From Gemmatimonadales bacterium (GTDB lineage Bacteria > Gemmatimonadota > Gemmatimonadetes > Gemmatimonadales > JACORV01): a DNA stretch of 38,731 nucleotides. The notes under the pieces are model-generated. The model had not been told where the DNA came from. It ran no database searches and saw nothing but the letters and a program-made list of their open reading frames with translations. Positions 23,716 to 32,050 of this stretch are shown here, in pieces (positions within the stretch are counted from its first letter, which is position 1; the number at the start of each line of letters is the position of its first letter). The DNA lies in contig JBEKGT010000001.1 of NCBI GenBank assembly GCA_050012655.1, positions 1 to 38,731 of the forward strand. Reading direction: 5' to 3'. The translations under genes and the position numbers were made by a program.

Positions 23716-24798
23716 CTACCGCCGTGGCGGCCGCTCGAACAGGTACGCGGCGTCCACCAACCGCGCCTCGGTGCCGTCGCAGACGGCGAACTTGGTGCCG
23801 GAGTACAGCCCCGCGCCCCCGAACTGCCCGCGCTTGTTGATGGCGTAGAAGTTGAGGTCGAACTTGGGCTTCCCGTCGGGGCCGATGAGGCGGGGTTCCG
23901 ACGTCGCCATCACGCGACGCAGCGTCTCGAGGCAGGCGTCGGTCGGAGCGAGCCCGCGCCGCATCCCCTCCACCGTCATGAAGCCGCCGCACACCTTGAT
24001 GTTCGACTCGCCGCGGCCGGTTGAGCCCGCCGCGCCGATGTCGTTGTCGGTGTACTCCCCTGCACCGACGATCGCGGAGTCGCCGACCCGCCCGGGGATC
24101 TTCCACGCCAGTCCGCTGGTGGTCGTAACCGACGAGATCTCGCCGCGCGCGTTGATCGCGTCACAGTTGATCGTCCCCGTCGGCCGGCTCGCCGCGGTCC
24201 AGATCTGCTTCCCCGCCGGCACGTCGAGGTAGTCGTCGTCGGGGTTCAGGTTCGCACGCCAGCGGAGCCACGCCTGCCGCGAGGCCTCCGTCAGCAGGTT
24301 CTCGATCTGGAAGCCGTACGAGAGGGCGAAGCGCTGCGCCCCCTCGCCGACCAGCATGATGTTGTTGGTGTACTTGAGGACCAGCTTCGCCACCTCGCTC
24401 GGCGTCTTGATCCCCTCGAGGCAGCCGACCGCGCCGGCCCGCTTGGTGGGGCCGTGCATGCACGACGCGTCGAGCTGCACGACGCCGTCGGCGTTCGGCA
24501 GCCCGCCGTAGCCGACCGACTGGTCGTTCGGGTCGAGTTCCTGGATCTTCACCCCCTCCACCACCGCGTCGAGGGTGTCCATCCCCTGCTGGATCAGATC
24601 GTAGGCGCGCTGCACGGCGCGCATCCCATTGGCCGATGCGACGACGCACGGGCGCGCGTCCTGGGAACGGCGGACGTGCGGCGCCGGGAAGCCGGAGGCC
24701 TCTGCGGGCCGCGCGGGCGCGGCGGCGAGCGCCCCGACGATCGGCACGGCGGCGGCGCTGCTCTTCACGAAGTCCCGGCGGGTCAGCTGTTCGCTCAC
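23716..24798 (-). CDS. N4-(beta-N-acetylglucosaminyl)-L-asparaginase (glycosylasparaginase, Ntn-hydrolase asparaginase_2 family), Tat-exported
   Basis: It has a twin-arginine signal, MSEQLTRRDFVKSSAAAVPIVGALAAA. Family motifs are present: PTGTINCDAINARGE (autoprocessing Thr region), GRVGDSAIVGAG and GAAGSTGRGE. Confidence 0.85.
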   Translation of the reverse strand: MSEQLTRRDFVKSSAAAVPIVGALAAAPARPAEASGFPAPHVRRSQDARPCVVASANGMRAVQRAYDLIQQGMDTLDAVVEGVKIQELDPNDQSVGYGGLPNADGVVQLDASCMHGPTKRAGAVGCLEGIKTPSEVAKLVLKYTNNIMLVGEGAQRFALSYGFQIENLLTEASRQAWLRWRANLNPDDDYLDVPAGKQIWTAASRPTGTINCDAINARGEISSVTTTSGLAWKIPGRVGDSAIVGAGEYTDNDIGAAGSTGRGESNIKVCGGFMTVEGMRRGLAPTDACLETLRRVMATSEPRLIGPDGKPKFDLNFYAINKRGQFGGAGLYSGTKFAVCDGTEARLVDAAYLFERPPRR

Positions 24799-24832
24799 GG
24801 ATGCCCCTGGGTCGAAGGCCAGTGCCGAGAAG

Positions 24833-25786
24833 CTACCGCGCGGGGACCGCGACGGAAAGCGCGCCGAATCGGGCGTCGGGATCGAGGGTGTAGCGGGCGT
24901 CCACCATGCGCACCATGGCGCCCGCGCGGCCGCGCTCCACCAGGAAGAAGGGGAAGCGGGCCCACTGCACGAAGGCCCGGCCCTGCGGAGTCCGCTCCGC
25001 CTCGGAGACTTCGGCCGCGGCGTCCCCCTTCGCGACGAGGCTTCCGTCCGGGACGAAGAGGGGCCGGCGGAGCCAGTCCACGGTCCCGAGCACGTACCCT
25101 GGGCCGATATCGGCGACGATCTGGCGGCGGAACGGCGTCAGCGGCTCGGGGCCCGCCATCACGCGCGCCTGCGCGTAGCCGCGCGCCGCGAGGGCGTCCC
25201 GCGCCACCGTGCGCGCGGCAACCCCCGACATGCCCATCAGCAGCACGTACGTCGCCGCCACGACCAGGCCCCAGCGGGCGGGGCGCGCGGCGCCGGGGGC
25301 GGCGCGGGCCGAGCGCCGCCGCGAGGCCCACCATCCGAGGCCCAGGGCCAGCCAGACCCATGGGTCCACGATGAAGAGCACGTCGCCGTAGTACCAGCGG
25401 CGGCTGAACGGCATCAGGAAGCGCACCCCGTAAGTGTTGAACCAGTCGAGGAGGGGGTGGGTGCACACTGCCAGCAGCGCCAGCCAGAGGAGCGTCCCTC
25501 CGAGCGCAGGCGGCTCGTCCGGGTGGCGCCGCCGGCGCACCCAGCGGTCCCAGGCAAGCATCATGGCCGTGAGGACGAACGGCCAAACGGCGAGGGCGAG
25601 GACGCCGTGCGTCCAGCCCCGGCGGAAGCCGTAGGCTGAGTCGGGGCGGGCCACCCAGTAGAGGATCCCGTCCACGTCCGGGAGATTGGTGCCGATGAGG
25701 AGCGTGGCGGTGGCCAGGGGGGTCTTCCGCCGCAGTCCCGCCTCCGCCAGCGCGGCACCCAGAAGCGTGTGAGTGAGGTTGTCCAT
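24833..25786 (-). CDS. Membrane-bound metal-dependent hydrolase (YdjM/DUF457 family)
   Basis: The N-terminus MDNLTHTLLGAALAEAGL is typical of YdjM-like proteins, and there are several TM helices. Confidence 0.7.
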   Translation of the reverse strand: MDNLTHTLLGAALAEAGLRRKTPLATATLLIGTNLPDVDGILYWVARPDSAYGFRRGWTHGVLALAVWPFVLTAMMLAWDRWVRRRRHPDEPPALGGTLLWLALLAVCTHPLLDWFNTYGVRFLMPFSRRWYYGDVLFIVDPWVWLALGLGWWASRRRSARAAPGAARPARWGLVVAATYVLLMGMSGVAARTVARDALAARGYAQARVMAGPEPLTPFRRQIVADIGPGYVLGTVDWLRRPLFVPDGSLVAKGDAAAEVSEAERTPQGRAFVQWARFPFFLVERGRAGAMVRMVDARYTLDPDARFGALSVAVPAR

Positions 25787-25856
25787 CGCTTACAGGCTTG
25801 ACCCCGCCGGTTCCAGGTGCATTGTAGAGGGACTTCCTCCCTCCCCGAGGGCCGCG

Positions 25857-27431
25857 ATGCTGGAGACGCTCGATCTCGACAAGAAGGTAGAGAAGGATGC
25901 CTACGAGAAGGCCTTTCCGGAACTGCGCGACAAGCTCCGGGATCTCCAGCGTCAGGCATTCGAGGCGAAGATCCCCGTCTGCGTGCTCTTCGAGGGCTGG
26001 GACGCCGCCGGCAAGGGCGATTCCATCCAGAAACTCGTCGAGCGCCTCGATCCGCGCGGCGTCAAGGTCCATCCCACCTCGGCGCCGCTCGAAGAGGAGA
26101 AGCTCCGCCCCTTCCTGTGGCGCTTCTGGACCAGGATCCCCGGCCGCGGGGAGATGGCCATCTTCGACCGCTCCTGGTACGGCCGGGTGATGGTGGACCG
26201 GGTGGACCACCTGATCACCCCCAAGGAGTGGCAATCCGCCTACAACGAGATCGTCCAGTTCGAGCGGATGCTGACCGACGACGGCACGGTGATGGTGAAG
26301 TTCTGGCTGCAGATCAGCGAGAAGGAGCAGAAGAAGCGCTTCAAGGACATCGAGAAGAGCAAGTACGACTCCTGGAAGGTCACGAAGGAGGACTGGGAGC
26401 ACCACAAGCAGTACGACGAGTACACTGAGGCCGCCGAGGAGATGCTGGAGCGCACCAGCACCGCCTATGCGCCGTGGACCATCGTCGAGGCGACCGACAG
26501 GCGCTACCGGCTGATCAAGGTCTTCAAGACCATCGTCGACGCGATCCAGACCGCGCTCAACGCGAAGGCGGAGGACGCGAAGCCGCGGCGCGCCGCGCGC
26601 GCCAGCATCTCCATCGACGCGCTCAAGGAGCAGAGGACGGTCCTCGACACCGTGGACCTGTCGAAGAAGCTCGACAAGAAGGAGTACGAGAAGCGCCTCC
26701 TCGACCTGCAGGTCCGGCTCCGGCAGCTGGAGTTCGCTTGCTTCGACGCCCGGCGCGCAGTCATCATCGGCTACGAGGGGTGGGACGCCGCCGGGAAGGG
26801 TGGGAACATCCGACGGGTGACGGAGTGCCTCGACCCCCGCGGCTACAGCGTGATCCCCATCGCCGCGCCGAAGGGGGACGAGGCCACCCACCACTACCTG
26901 TGGCGCTTCTGGCGGCAGCTGCCCAAGGCCGGCCACCTTGCCATCTTCGACCGCACCTGGTACGGGCGCGTCCTGGTGGAGCGGATCGAGGGGTTCTGCA
27001 CCGAGGCGGAGTGGCGGCGGGCCTACCAGGAGATCAAGGAGTTCGAGCTCTCCCTCACCAACTACGGCACCGTCCTCGTCAAGTTCTGGCTGCACATCTC
27101 CAAGGAGGAGCAGCTCCGTCGCTTCGAGGAGCGCAAGGAGATCGACTACAAGCAGTACAAGATCACCGACGAGGACTGGCGGAACCGCGAGAAGTGGGAC
27201 CAGTACCGGCAGGCCGTCGTGGACATGCTGACCAACACCAGCACCACCTACGCTCCGTGGACCATCGTCGAGGCGAACGACAAGCTGTGGGCGCGCATCC
27301 GAACGCTGCAGGCGATCGTGGATGCCATCGAGCTGGGCCTCGACCGCCAGAAGAAGGGGCGCAAGGTCGAGGGCGGTGAGAAGGAGAAGGACAAGAAGCG
27401 GGACAAGAAGGGGAAGAAGAACAAGAAGTGA
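25857..27431 (+). CDS. Two-domain polyphosphate kinase 2 (polyphosphate:AMP phosphotransferase-type PPK2) with a polybasic C-terminal tail
   Basis: I trimmed the ORF to ATG 25857. It has two PPK2 modules, each with a Walker-A-like motif (FEGWDAAGKGDSI; YEGWDAAGKGGNI) and FDRSWYGRV / FDRTWYGRV. The tail is KKGRKVEGGEKEKDKKRDKKGKKNKK. Confidence 0.85.
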   Translation: MLETLDLDKKVEKDAYEKAFPELRDKLRDLQRQAFEAKIPVCVLFEGWDAAGKGDSIQKLVERLDPRGVKVHPTSAPLEEEKLRPFLWRFWTRIPGRGEMAIFDRSWYGRVMVDRVDHLITPKEWQSAYNEIVQFERMLTDDGTVMVKFWLQISEKEQKKRFKDIEKSKYDSWKVTKEDWEHHKQYDEYTEAAEEMLERTSTAYAPWTIVEATDRRYRLIKVFKTIVDAIQTALNAKAEDAKPRRAARASISIDALKEQRTVLDTVDLSKKLDKKEYEKRLLDLQVRLRQLEFACFDARRAVIIGYEGWDAAGKGGNIRRVTECLDPRGYSVIPIAAPKGDEATHHYLWRFWRQLPKAGHLAIFDRTWYGRVLVERIEGFCTEAEWRRAYQEIKEFELSLTNYGTVLVKFWLHISKEEQLRRFEERKEIDYKQYKITDEDWRNREKWDQYRQAVVDMLTNTSTTYAPWTIVEANDKLWARIRTLQAIVDAIELGLDRQKKGRKVEGGEKEKDKKRDKKGKKNKK

Positions 27432-28474
27432 CGGCCGACGCCCCCGCGACCCTCGCGGAGCTGGGCTGGACGGAGGCCCTCGCGCGCCAGTTCGAGCCGT
27501 TGGCGCGCGAGGGCCTCGTCGCGGGCCGGATCGCCGTGGAGCACCGGACCAAGTACGGCGTCTACACGGAAGGGGGCGAGGCCGAGGCGGCCCTCACCGG
27601 CAAGGCCCGCCACGAGGCGGCGGCGCCCGGTGCCCGGCCCGCGGTGGGCGATTGGGTGGCGATGACGGCGCCGCCGCCGGGTGGGGCGGGCGCCATCCAC
27701 GCCGTGCTGCCGCGCGCGTCGGCCTTCACGCGGAAGGTGGCCGGACGCGCGCACGGGGAGCAGGTCGTGGCGGCGAACATCGACGTGGCCTTCCTCGTCA
27801 CGTCGCTCAACGCCGAGCTGAACCCCCGCCGCCTCGAGCGCTACCTCATGCTGGCGTGGAAGAGCGGGGCGCGGCCCGTCGTCGTCCTCACCAAGGCCGA
27901 CCTCGCCGAGGACGCCGCAGCGCTGGTGCGGGAGGTTGAGGCGGTGGCGGTCGGCGTCCTGGTCCTGCTCACCAGTGCGAAGACCGGCCTGGGCATCGAG
28001 GAGCTGCGCGGCCTCCTGGCGGGCCACCGGACCGGGACCGTGCTCGGCTCCTCCGGCGTGGGGAAATCCACGCTGATGAACGCCCTCGTCGGGTGGGAGC
28101 GTCAGGACACGGGCAAGATCCGCGAAGCGGACGACCGCGGCCGCCACACCACCACGCGCCGCGAGCTGGTCCGGATGCCCGGCGGCGGTCTCCTCATCGA
28201 CACGCCGGGGATGCGCGAGCTGCAGCTCGACGAGGCGGGGGACGGGCTCCTCTCCGCCTTCGACGACATCGCGGAGTTGGCCCGGGGCTGCGCGTTCCGC
28301 GACTGCCTCCACGGGCCGGAGCCGGATTGCGCAGTGCGGGACGCGGTTGCCGCGGGGCGGCTCTCCGCCGAGCGGCTGGAGAGCTTCCACAAGCTCGTCC
28401 GAGAGCTGGAGAGGCGCACCGGGTGGGGCGTGAAGCGGATTCACGGCGGCGCGGACCCGAATAGCGGTAGATAG
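27428..28474 (+). CDS. rsgA: Ribosome small-subunit-dependent GTPase A
   Basis: GTG at 27428 overlaps the PPK2 stop (GTGA). It has the circularly permuted GTPase motifs LTKADL, GSSGVGKSTLMNAL, DDRGRHTTT and LIDTPGMRE, and the Zn-finger CAFRDCLHGPEPDCAV. Confidence 0.9.
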   Translation: MTADAPATLAELGWTEALARQFEPLAREGLVAGRIAVEHRTKYGVYTEGGEAEAALTGKARHEAAAPGARPAVGDWVAMTAPPPGGAGAIHAVLPRASAFTRKVAGRAHGEQVVAANIDVAFLVTSLNAELNPRRLERYLMLAWKSGARPVVVLTKADLAEDAAALVREVEAVAVGVLVLLTSAKTGLGIEELRGLLAGHRTGTVLGSSGVGKSTLMNALVGWERQDTGKIREADDRGRHTTTRRELVRMPGGGLLIDTPGMRELQLDEAGDGLLSAFDDIAELARGCAFRDCLHGPEPDCAVRDAVAAGRLSAERLESFHKLVRELERRTGWGVKRIHGGADPNSGR

Positions 28475-28496
28475 CGGCGGTGCGCAGGAAATGCAG

Positions 28497-28528
28497 TAGG
28501 GGCGCCTCGCACGCGCGGGGCGCCCCTA
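28497..28528. terminator. Bidirectional terminator-like hairpin between convergent rsgA and the kinase gene
   Basis: TAGGGGCGCC (28497-28506) pairs perfectly with GGCGCCCCTA (28519-28528) around a 12-nt loop. Confidence 0.55.
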
Positions 28529-28576
28529 TGACCTATCACCCATCACTTCTCACTCATCACCCATCACGCCTCATCT
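28528..28576 (-). repeat. Degenerate heptanucleotide tandem array, 7 units (plus strand ATCACYC; minus strand RRGTGAK)
   Basis: The units read ATGACCT ATCACCC ATCACTT CTCACTC ATCACCC ATCACGC CTCATCT. The array abuts the hairpin at 28497-28528 and overlaps the last 6 codons and stop (28557-28559) of the kinase gene. Confidence 0.6.
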
Positions 28577-30527
28577 CGCCTCGTAGCACGTTCTCCGCTT
28601 CTATCCTGCCAGCCACCTGCGCATCTATCTCCCCGGCGAGCCGGCGGGCCTCCGTCAGGTTCGCCGACAGTTCGTCCAGACTCCCCGCGCCCGCCTTGAG
28701 ACGCAGCAGGTCGAGCCGCAGGTTCTCGAGCGCCGCCACCGCGGACGAGAGCCGCCCGCCCGCGGCGTCGCGGGTCGCCGTGAGATCGGCGCGCGCCTTC
28801 TCGCGCTGGTCCGCCATCGCCGCCTTCGCCTCGTCGCCTCCCTGCGCCAGGGACGCGGAGCGGGCGGTCACGGAGTCCTGCCCGAGGCTCGCTAGCGCCT
28901 CGTTCAACTCGTCCACCCGACGGCGCATCGTCTGCGCGTCCGCCTCGAGGCGCCGCAATACGTCGGGGAGGTCGGCGAGACCCTTCCGCGTCTCCCTGGG
29001 CAGCGACTCGAAGAGCGCCGACGCGGCGAGGCCGATGGCGATCTCCGTCGGGCGGTGCGCCGAAGCGGCGGGAAGGAGCTTCCGCTGCATCCCCAGCATG
29101 GAGAGCTGCGTGAACCACTCTCCCAGCCGGCCGTTCCACACCCGGGACTGGAGGCTCTTGGCCGGGTCGGCCGGCTTGATCCGGCGACCCGGGATGACCA
29201 GCCCGGCCACGGCTCCGACCCCCGTCGCGGTCGCGGCCGTCGCGAAGGTCACCAGCCACTTGAGCGCGCTCGTCCAGTCCATCGGGGGCTGGAGCACGAT
29301 GACCCCCGCCGCGACGGCCGTGACGCCGAGCGCGCCGTACGTCAGGTAGCGGATGATGCGGGCGAACAGCGGCGGCTCGCTCGCGCTCTCGAAGGCGATC
29401 TCCTCGCGCCGCTGGGCGAACCGCTCGCGGAGGGCGAGGCGGATGTCCTCGATCGAGTAGCCGGCCAGCAGCACCTGCCGCGTGTAGTGGAGCCGGTAGA
29501 GCGCGTACGCCCCCACGGGTGCCACCAGGAAGATCACGGCGCCAAGGTCGGGAAGGTGGCCGGTGATCAGCTTGCCGCCGACCACCAGGCCCATCAGCGT
29601 GCTCCAGACCGCGAGTGGTGTCTTGGCCGGCTCGCCGCGCTGCATCCACAGGCGGATGGGCACGGGCACTTCCTTCGCCACCGCCATCGTCAGTGTCACC
29701 GCCTCGGCCAGTGCCTCACCGGTGGGGAAGCGGTCGGCGGGGCTCTTCGCGAGGCACCGGTCGATCGCTTGCGCGAGCCGACCGGGGATGCCGGGCGCCA
29801 CGGTCGCCAGCGGCGGCGCTGGCCTGGTGATGTGCATCGCCAGCAGGGCGGGCGTGTCCGGCGCCTCGAAGGGGTGCTTCGTGCTCAGCGCGTAGAAGCC
29901 CACGACGCCGAGCGAGTAGAGGTCGCTCCGGCCGTCCACCGCCTCACCGCACGCCTGCTCGGGGCTCATGTACTGCGCGGTACCGAGAATCTCCCCCACG
30001 CCCGTCAGCCCGGACGGGGTGCCCGCGAACGCGATGCCGAAGTCGGTCACCAGCGCGCGGCCGGTGTCGCGCTCGAGGAGGATGTTGTCGGGCTTGATGT
30101 CGCGGTGCACGACGCCCCGCAGGTGCGCGTAGGCGAGCGCCCACGCGACCTCCTGGAGCATCCGCGCGGCCGCGGGCGGGGCCAGCGGCCCGCGCCGGCG
30201 GATGCGGTCGCCGAGCGTCTCCCCCTCCACGAAGGCCATCACGAAGAGAACGAAGGCGCCGATCTCCTCGACCGCGAAGATCGGCACGATGTTGGGGTGT
30301 GACAGCTTGGCGGAGGTCCGCGCCTCGCGCAGGAACCGCTCCCGCAGGTCGGGGAGGGCCGCCTGCGCGGGAGGCAGGAGCTTGATCGCGACCAGGCGGT
30401 CGAGCGCCACGTCCCGCGCGAGGAAGACCATCCCCATCCCGCCCCGGCCCAGCTCCCGCTCGAGCGAGTAGCGGCCGGCGAGCGCGCCCTGGAGCGCGAG
30501 GAACTCCGGTCCCGGGGATTCGGCCAT
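28557..30527 (-). CDS. Ser/Thr protein kinase (Hanks type) with a multi-pass membrane region and a C-terminal coiled coil
   Basis: Kinase motifs are present: GRGGMGMVFLARD, VAIKLL, HRDIKPDNILL, DFGIA and YMSPEQ. Several hydrophobic helices follow (e.g. LAVWSTLMGLVVGG, AVIFLVAPVGAYALY, ALGVTAVAAGVIVL, LVTFATAATATGVGAVAGLVI). The tail is Ala/Arg/Glu/Leu-rich and helical. Confidence 0.85.
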   Translation of the reverse strand: MAESPGPEFLALQGALAGRYSLERELGRGGMGMVFLARDVALDRLVAIKLLPPAQAALPDLRERFLREARTSAKLSHPNIVPIFAVEEIGAFVLFVMAFVEGETLGDRIRRRGPLAPPAAARMLQEVAWALAYAHLRGVVHRDIKPDNILLERDTGRALVTDFGIAFAGTPSGLTGVGEILGTAQYMSPEQACGEAVDGRSDLYSLGVVGFYALSTKHPFEAPDTPALLAMHITRPAPPLATVAPGIPGRLAQAIDRCLAKSPADRFPTGEALAEAVTLTMAVAKEVPVPIRLWMQRGEPAKTPLAVWSTLMGLVVGGKLITGHLPDLGAVIFLVAPVGAYALYRLHYTRQVLLAGYSIEDIRLALRERFAQRREEIAFESASEPPLFARIIRYLTYGALGVTAVAAGVIVLQPPMDWTSALKWLVTFATAATATGVGAVAGLVIPGRRIKPADPAKSLQSRVWNGRLGEWFTQLSMLGMQRKLLPAASAHRPTEIAIGLAASALFESLPRETRKGLADLPDVLRRLEADAQTMRRRVDELNEALASLGQDSVTARSASLAQGGDEAKAAMADQREKARADLTATRDAAGGRLSSAVAALENLRLDLLRLKAGAGSLDELSANLTEARRLAGEIDAQVAGRIEAENVLRGEMRRDG

Positions 30528-30669
30528 CCGGCAATCCTACTCTCCGCCGCGCGCTCCGGCTACGGAGGGACGCCGCACCCCTGGGGCGTCACCGCGGGAG
30601 CGGTCCCCCGCGGCGCCCGACGCGCAGGCTTGCCCCGGCTGCGCCGCTCGCGTTTGTTACGAGCCATCC

Positions 30670-31344
30670 ATGGCCGACCGCCCGAAGAAGGCCCCCAGCG
30701 ACGAGCACCTCGGCGGCACGCGAGCCCAGGTGCGGTTCATCCTCTGGCTCGTCGGGCCTCTGGGCGTCCTCGGCCTACTCGTGTGGATGTTCGTGCCGGG
30801 TGTGATGGGGCGGGTCGGGATGGCGTTCGTCATCTCCACGGGTGTCTCCTTGGGGTTCTACTTCGTCTCCCTCGGCGTGCAGGAGGGGATTGGCGGGCCA
30901 GTCGCGAGGGGGGTCGGAAGACTGCTGTGGCCCAGCGGCAGCTCCACGCCGCCCGCGAAGGCGCTCTCCCACATCGAGGCGATGGCGGTCCGCGGCGAAC
31001 ACGCCAGGGCGGTGGAGGCGTACAAGGCGGAGATCGCCACCGACCCCGCCGACGTAACGAGCTGCGAGCGGCTCGGCACCCTCGCGATGCGCGAGCTCGC
31101 CGACTACGACCTCGCCGTGTGGGCGTACCGCGAGGCGGAGCGGCGCGCGGAGGCGCCGGCGCGGAAGTTCGGCTTCGCATTGATCGTCGTGGGGATCTGC
31201 CGCGACCAGCTGAAGGACCGCGGCAAGACGGTGGTGGAGCTGCGGCGGTTGGTGCAGCTCTATCCGAACGCGCCGCGCATCGAGGCGCTGAAGGCCGAGC
31301 TCGACGAACTGAAGGCGGGGCTCTTCGATGACCACGGCGCCTGA
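30670..31344 (+). CDS. Membrane protein with a TPR-like helical C-terminal domain, function unknown
   Basis: ATG at 30670. It has three N-terminal hydrophobic helices (FILWLVGPLGVLGLLVWMFV, MAFVISTGVSLGFYFVSLGV). The C-terminal region has TPR-like helical repeats (AVEAYKAEIATDPADV..., WAYREAERRAEAP...). Confidence 0.5.
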   Translation: MADRPKKAPSDEHLGGTRAQVRFILWLVGPLGVLGLLVWMFVPGVMGRVGMAFVISTGVSLGFYFVSLGVQEGIGGPVARGVGRLLWPSGSSTPPAKALSHIEAMAVRGEHARAVEAYKAEIATDPADVTSCERLGTLAMRELADYDLAVWAYREAERRAEAPARKFGFALIVVGICRDQLKDRGKTVVELRRLVQLYPNAPRIEALKAELDELKAGLFDDHGA

Positions 31345-32050
31345 CGTCTCGGTGGTCGTGCCGGTCTACAACGAGCGGGAGAACCTCGCGCCCCTCCTGG
31401 GCGAGATCGCGGTCGCGCTCGGCGGCCGGGCGTACGAGGTCGTCGCCGTGGACGACGGCTCCACCGATGGGAGCGCCGAGGAGCTGGTGGCGCTCCGTGC
31501 GAGGTACCCAGCGCTGCGGGTGGTGCGGTTCGCGCGGAACGCCGGGCAGAGCGCCGCCTTCGCGGCCGGCTTCCGCTCGGCCAGGGGCGCGGTGCTGGTG
31601 ACGATGGACGCCGACCTCCAGAACGATCCCGCCGACGTCCCGGCCCTCCTCGAGGCGCTGGAGCGCTCCGGCGTGGACGCGGCCGTCGGCTGGCGGATGA
31701 ACCGCCGCGACACCGGCTGGAAGCTGGCGCAGAGCCGCATCGCGAACGGCGTGCGGAACTGGCTCAATCACGAGACGATCCGCGACACCGGCTGCTCGCT
31801 GAAGGCGTTCCGCCGCGAGGCCGTGGCGGACATCCCGTGGTTCACGGGGATGCACCGCTTCCTCCCGACGCTGGTCAAGATGCGCGGCGGGCGGGTGGTG
31901 GAGGTGCCCGTGCACCACCGGCCGCGGCGCTTCGGCTCGACCAAGTACGGGATGTGGAACCGGGTCTTCCGCGCCCTCGCGGACGCCCTCGCGGTGCGCT
32001 GGATGCAGCGGCGCGCCCTCCGCTACGAGATCCGGGAGATCGTCGGATGA
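31328..32050 (+). CDS. Family 2 glycosyltransferase (polyprenyl-phosphate sugar synthase type: Dpm1/ArnC-like)
   Basis: Motifs VSVVVPVYNERENL, VDDGSTDGS and DADLQNDP are present. The ~240-aa size is typical of this type. It overlaps the upstream gene by 17 nt. Confidence 0.85.
   Translation: MTTAPDVSVVVPVYNERENLAPLLGEIAVALGGRAYEVVAVDDGSTDGSAEELVALRARYPALRVVRFARNAGQSAAFAAGFRSARGAVLVTMDADLQNDPADVPALLEALERSGVDAAVGWRMNRRDTGWKLAQSRIANGVRNWLNHETIRDTGCSLKAFRREAVADIPWFTGMHRFLPTLVKMRGGRVVEVPVHHRPRRFGSTKYGMWNRVFRALADALAVRWMQRRALRYEIREIVG

Noticed and set aside
23669-24106. The upstream 146 codons of track ORF 22442..24106, as an extension of the Omp85-like protein.
   Set aside because: It runs through the 3' part of the glycosylasparaginase gene out of frame. 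The signal peptide begins right after ATG 23668.
25798-25826. A candidate promoter in the YdjM/PPK2 divergent spacer: TTGACC, a 17-nt spacer and ATTGTA on the plus strand, or TACAAT on the minus strand. A similar CTGACC-17-TAGTTT is at 19308-19336.
   Set aside because: In each case only one hexamer is good. The sigma-factor consensus for this lineage is unknown to me, so I did not report them as features.
24795-27095. A 766-aa minus-strand ORF and the overlapping 8265-9896 / 9797-11410 type antisense ORFs.
   Set aside because: The reasoning is the same. They overlap the YdjM-like, PPK2, symporter and GH130 genes in antisense or out of frame and show no motifs.
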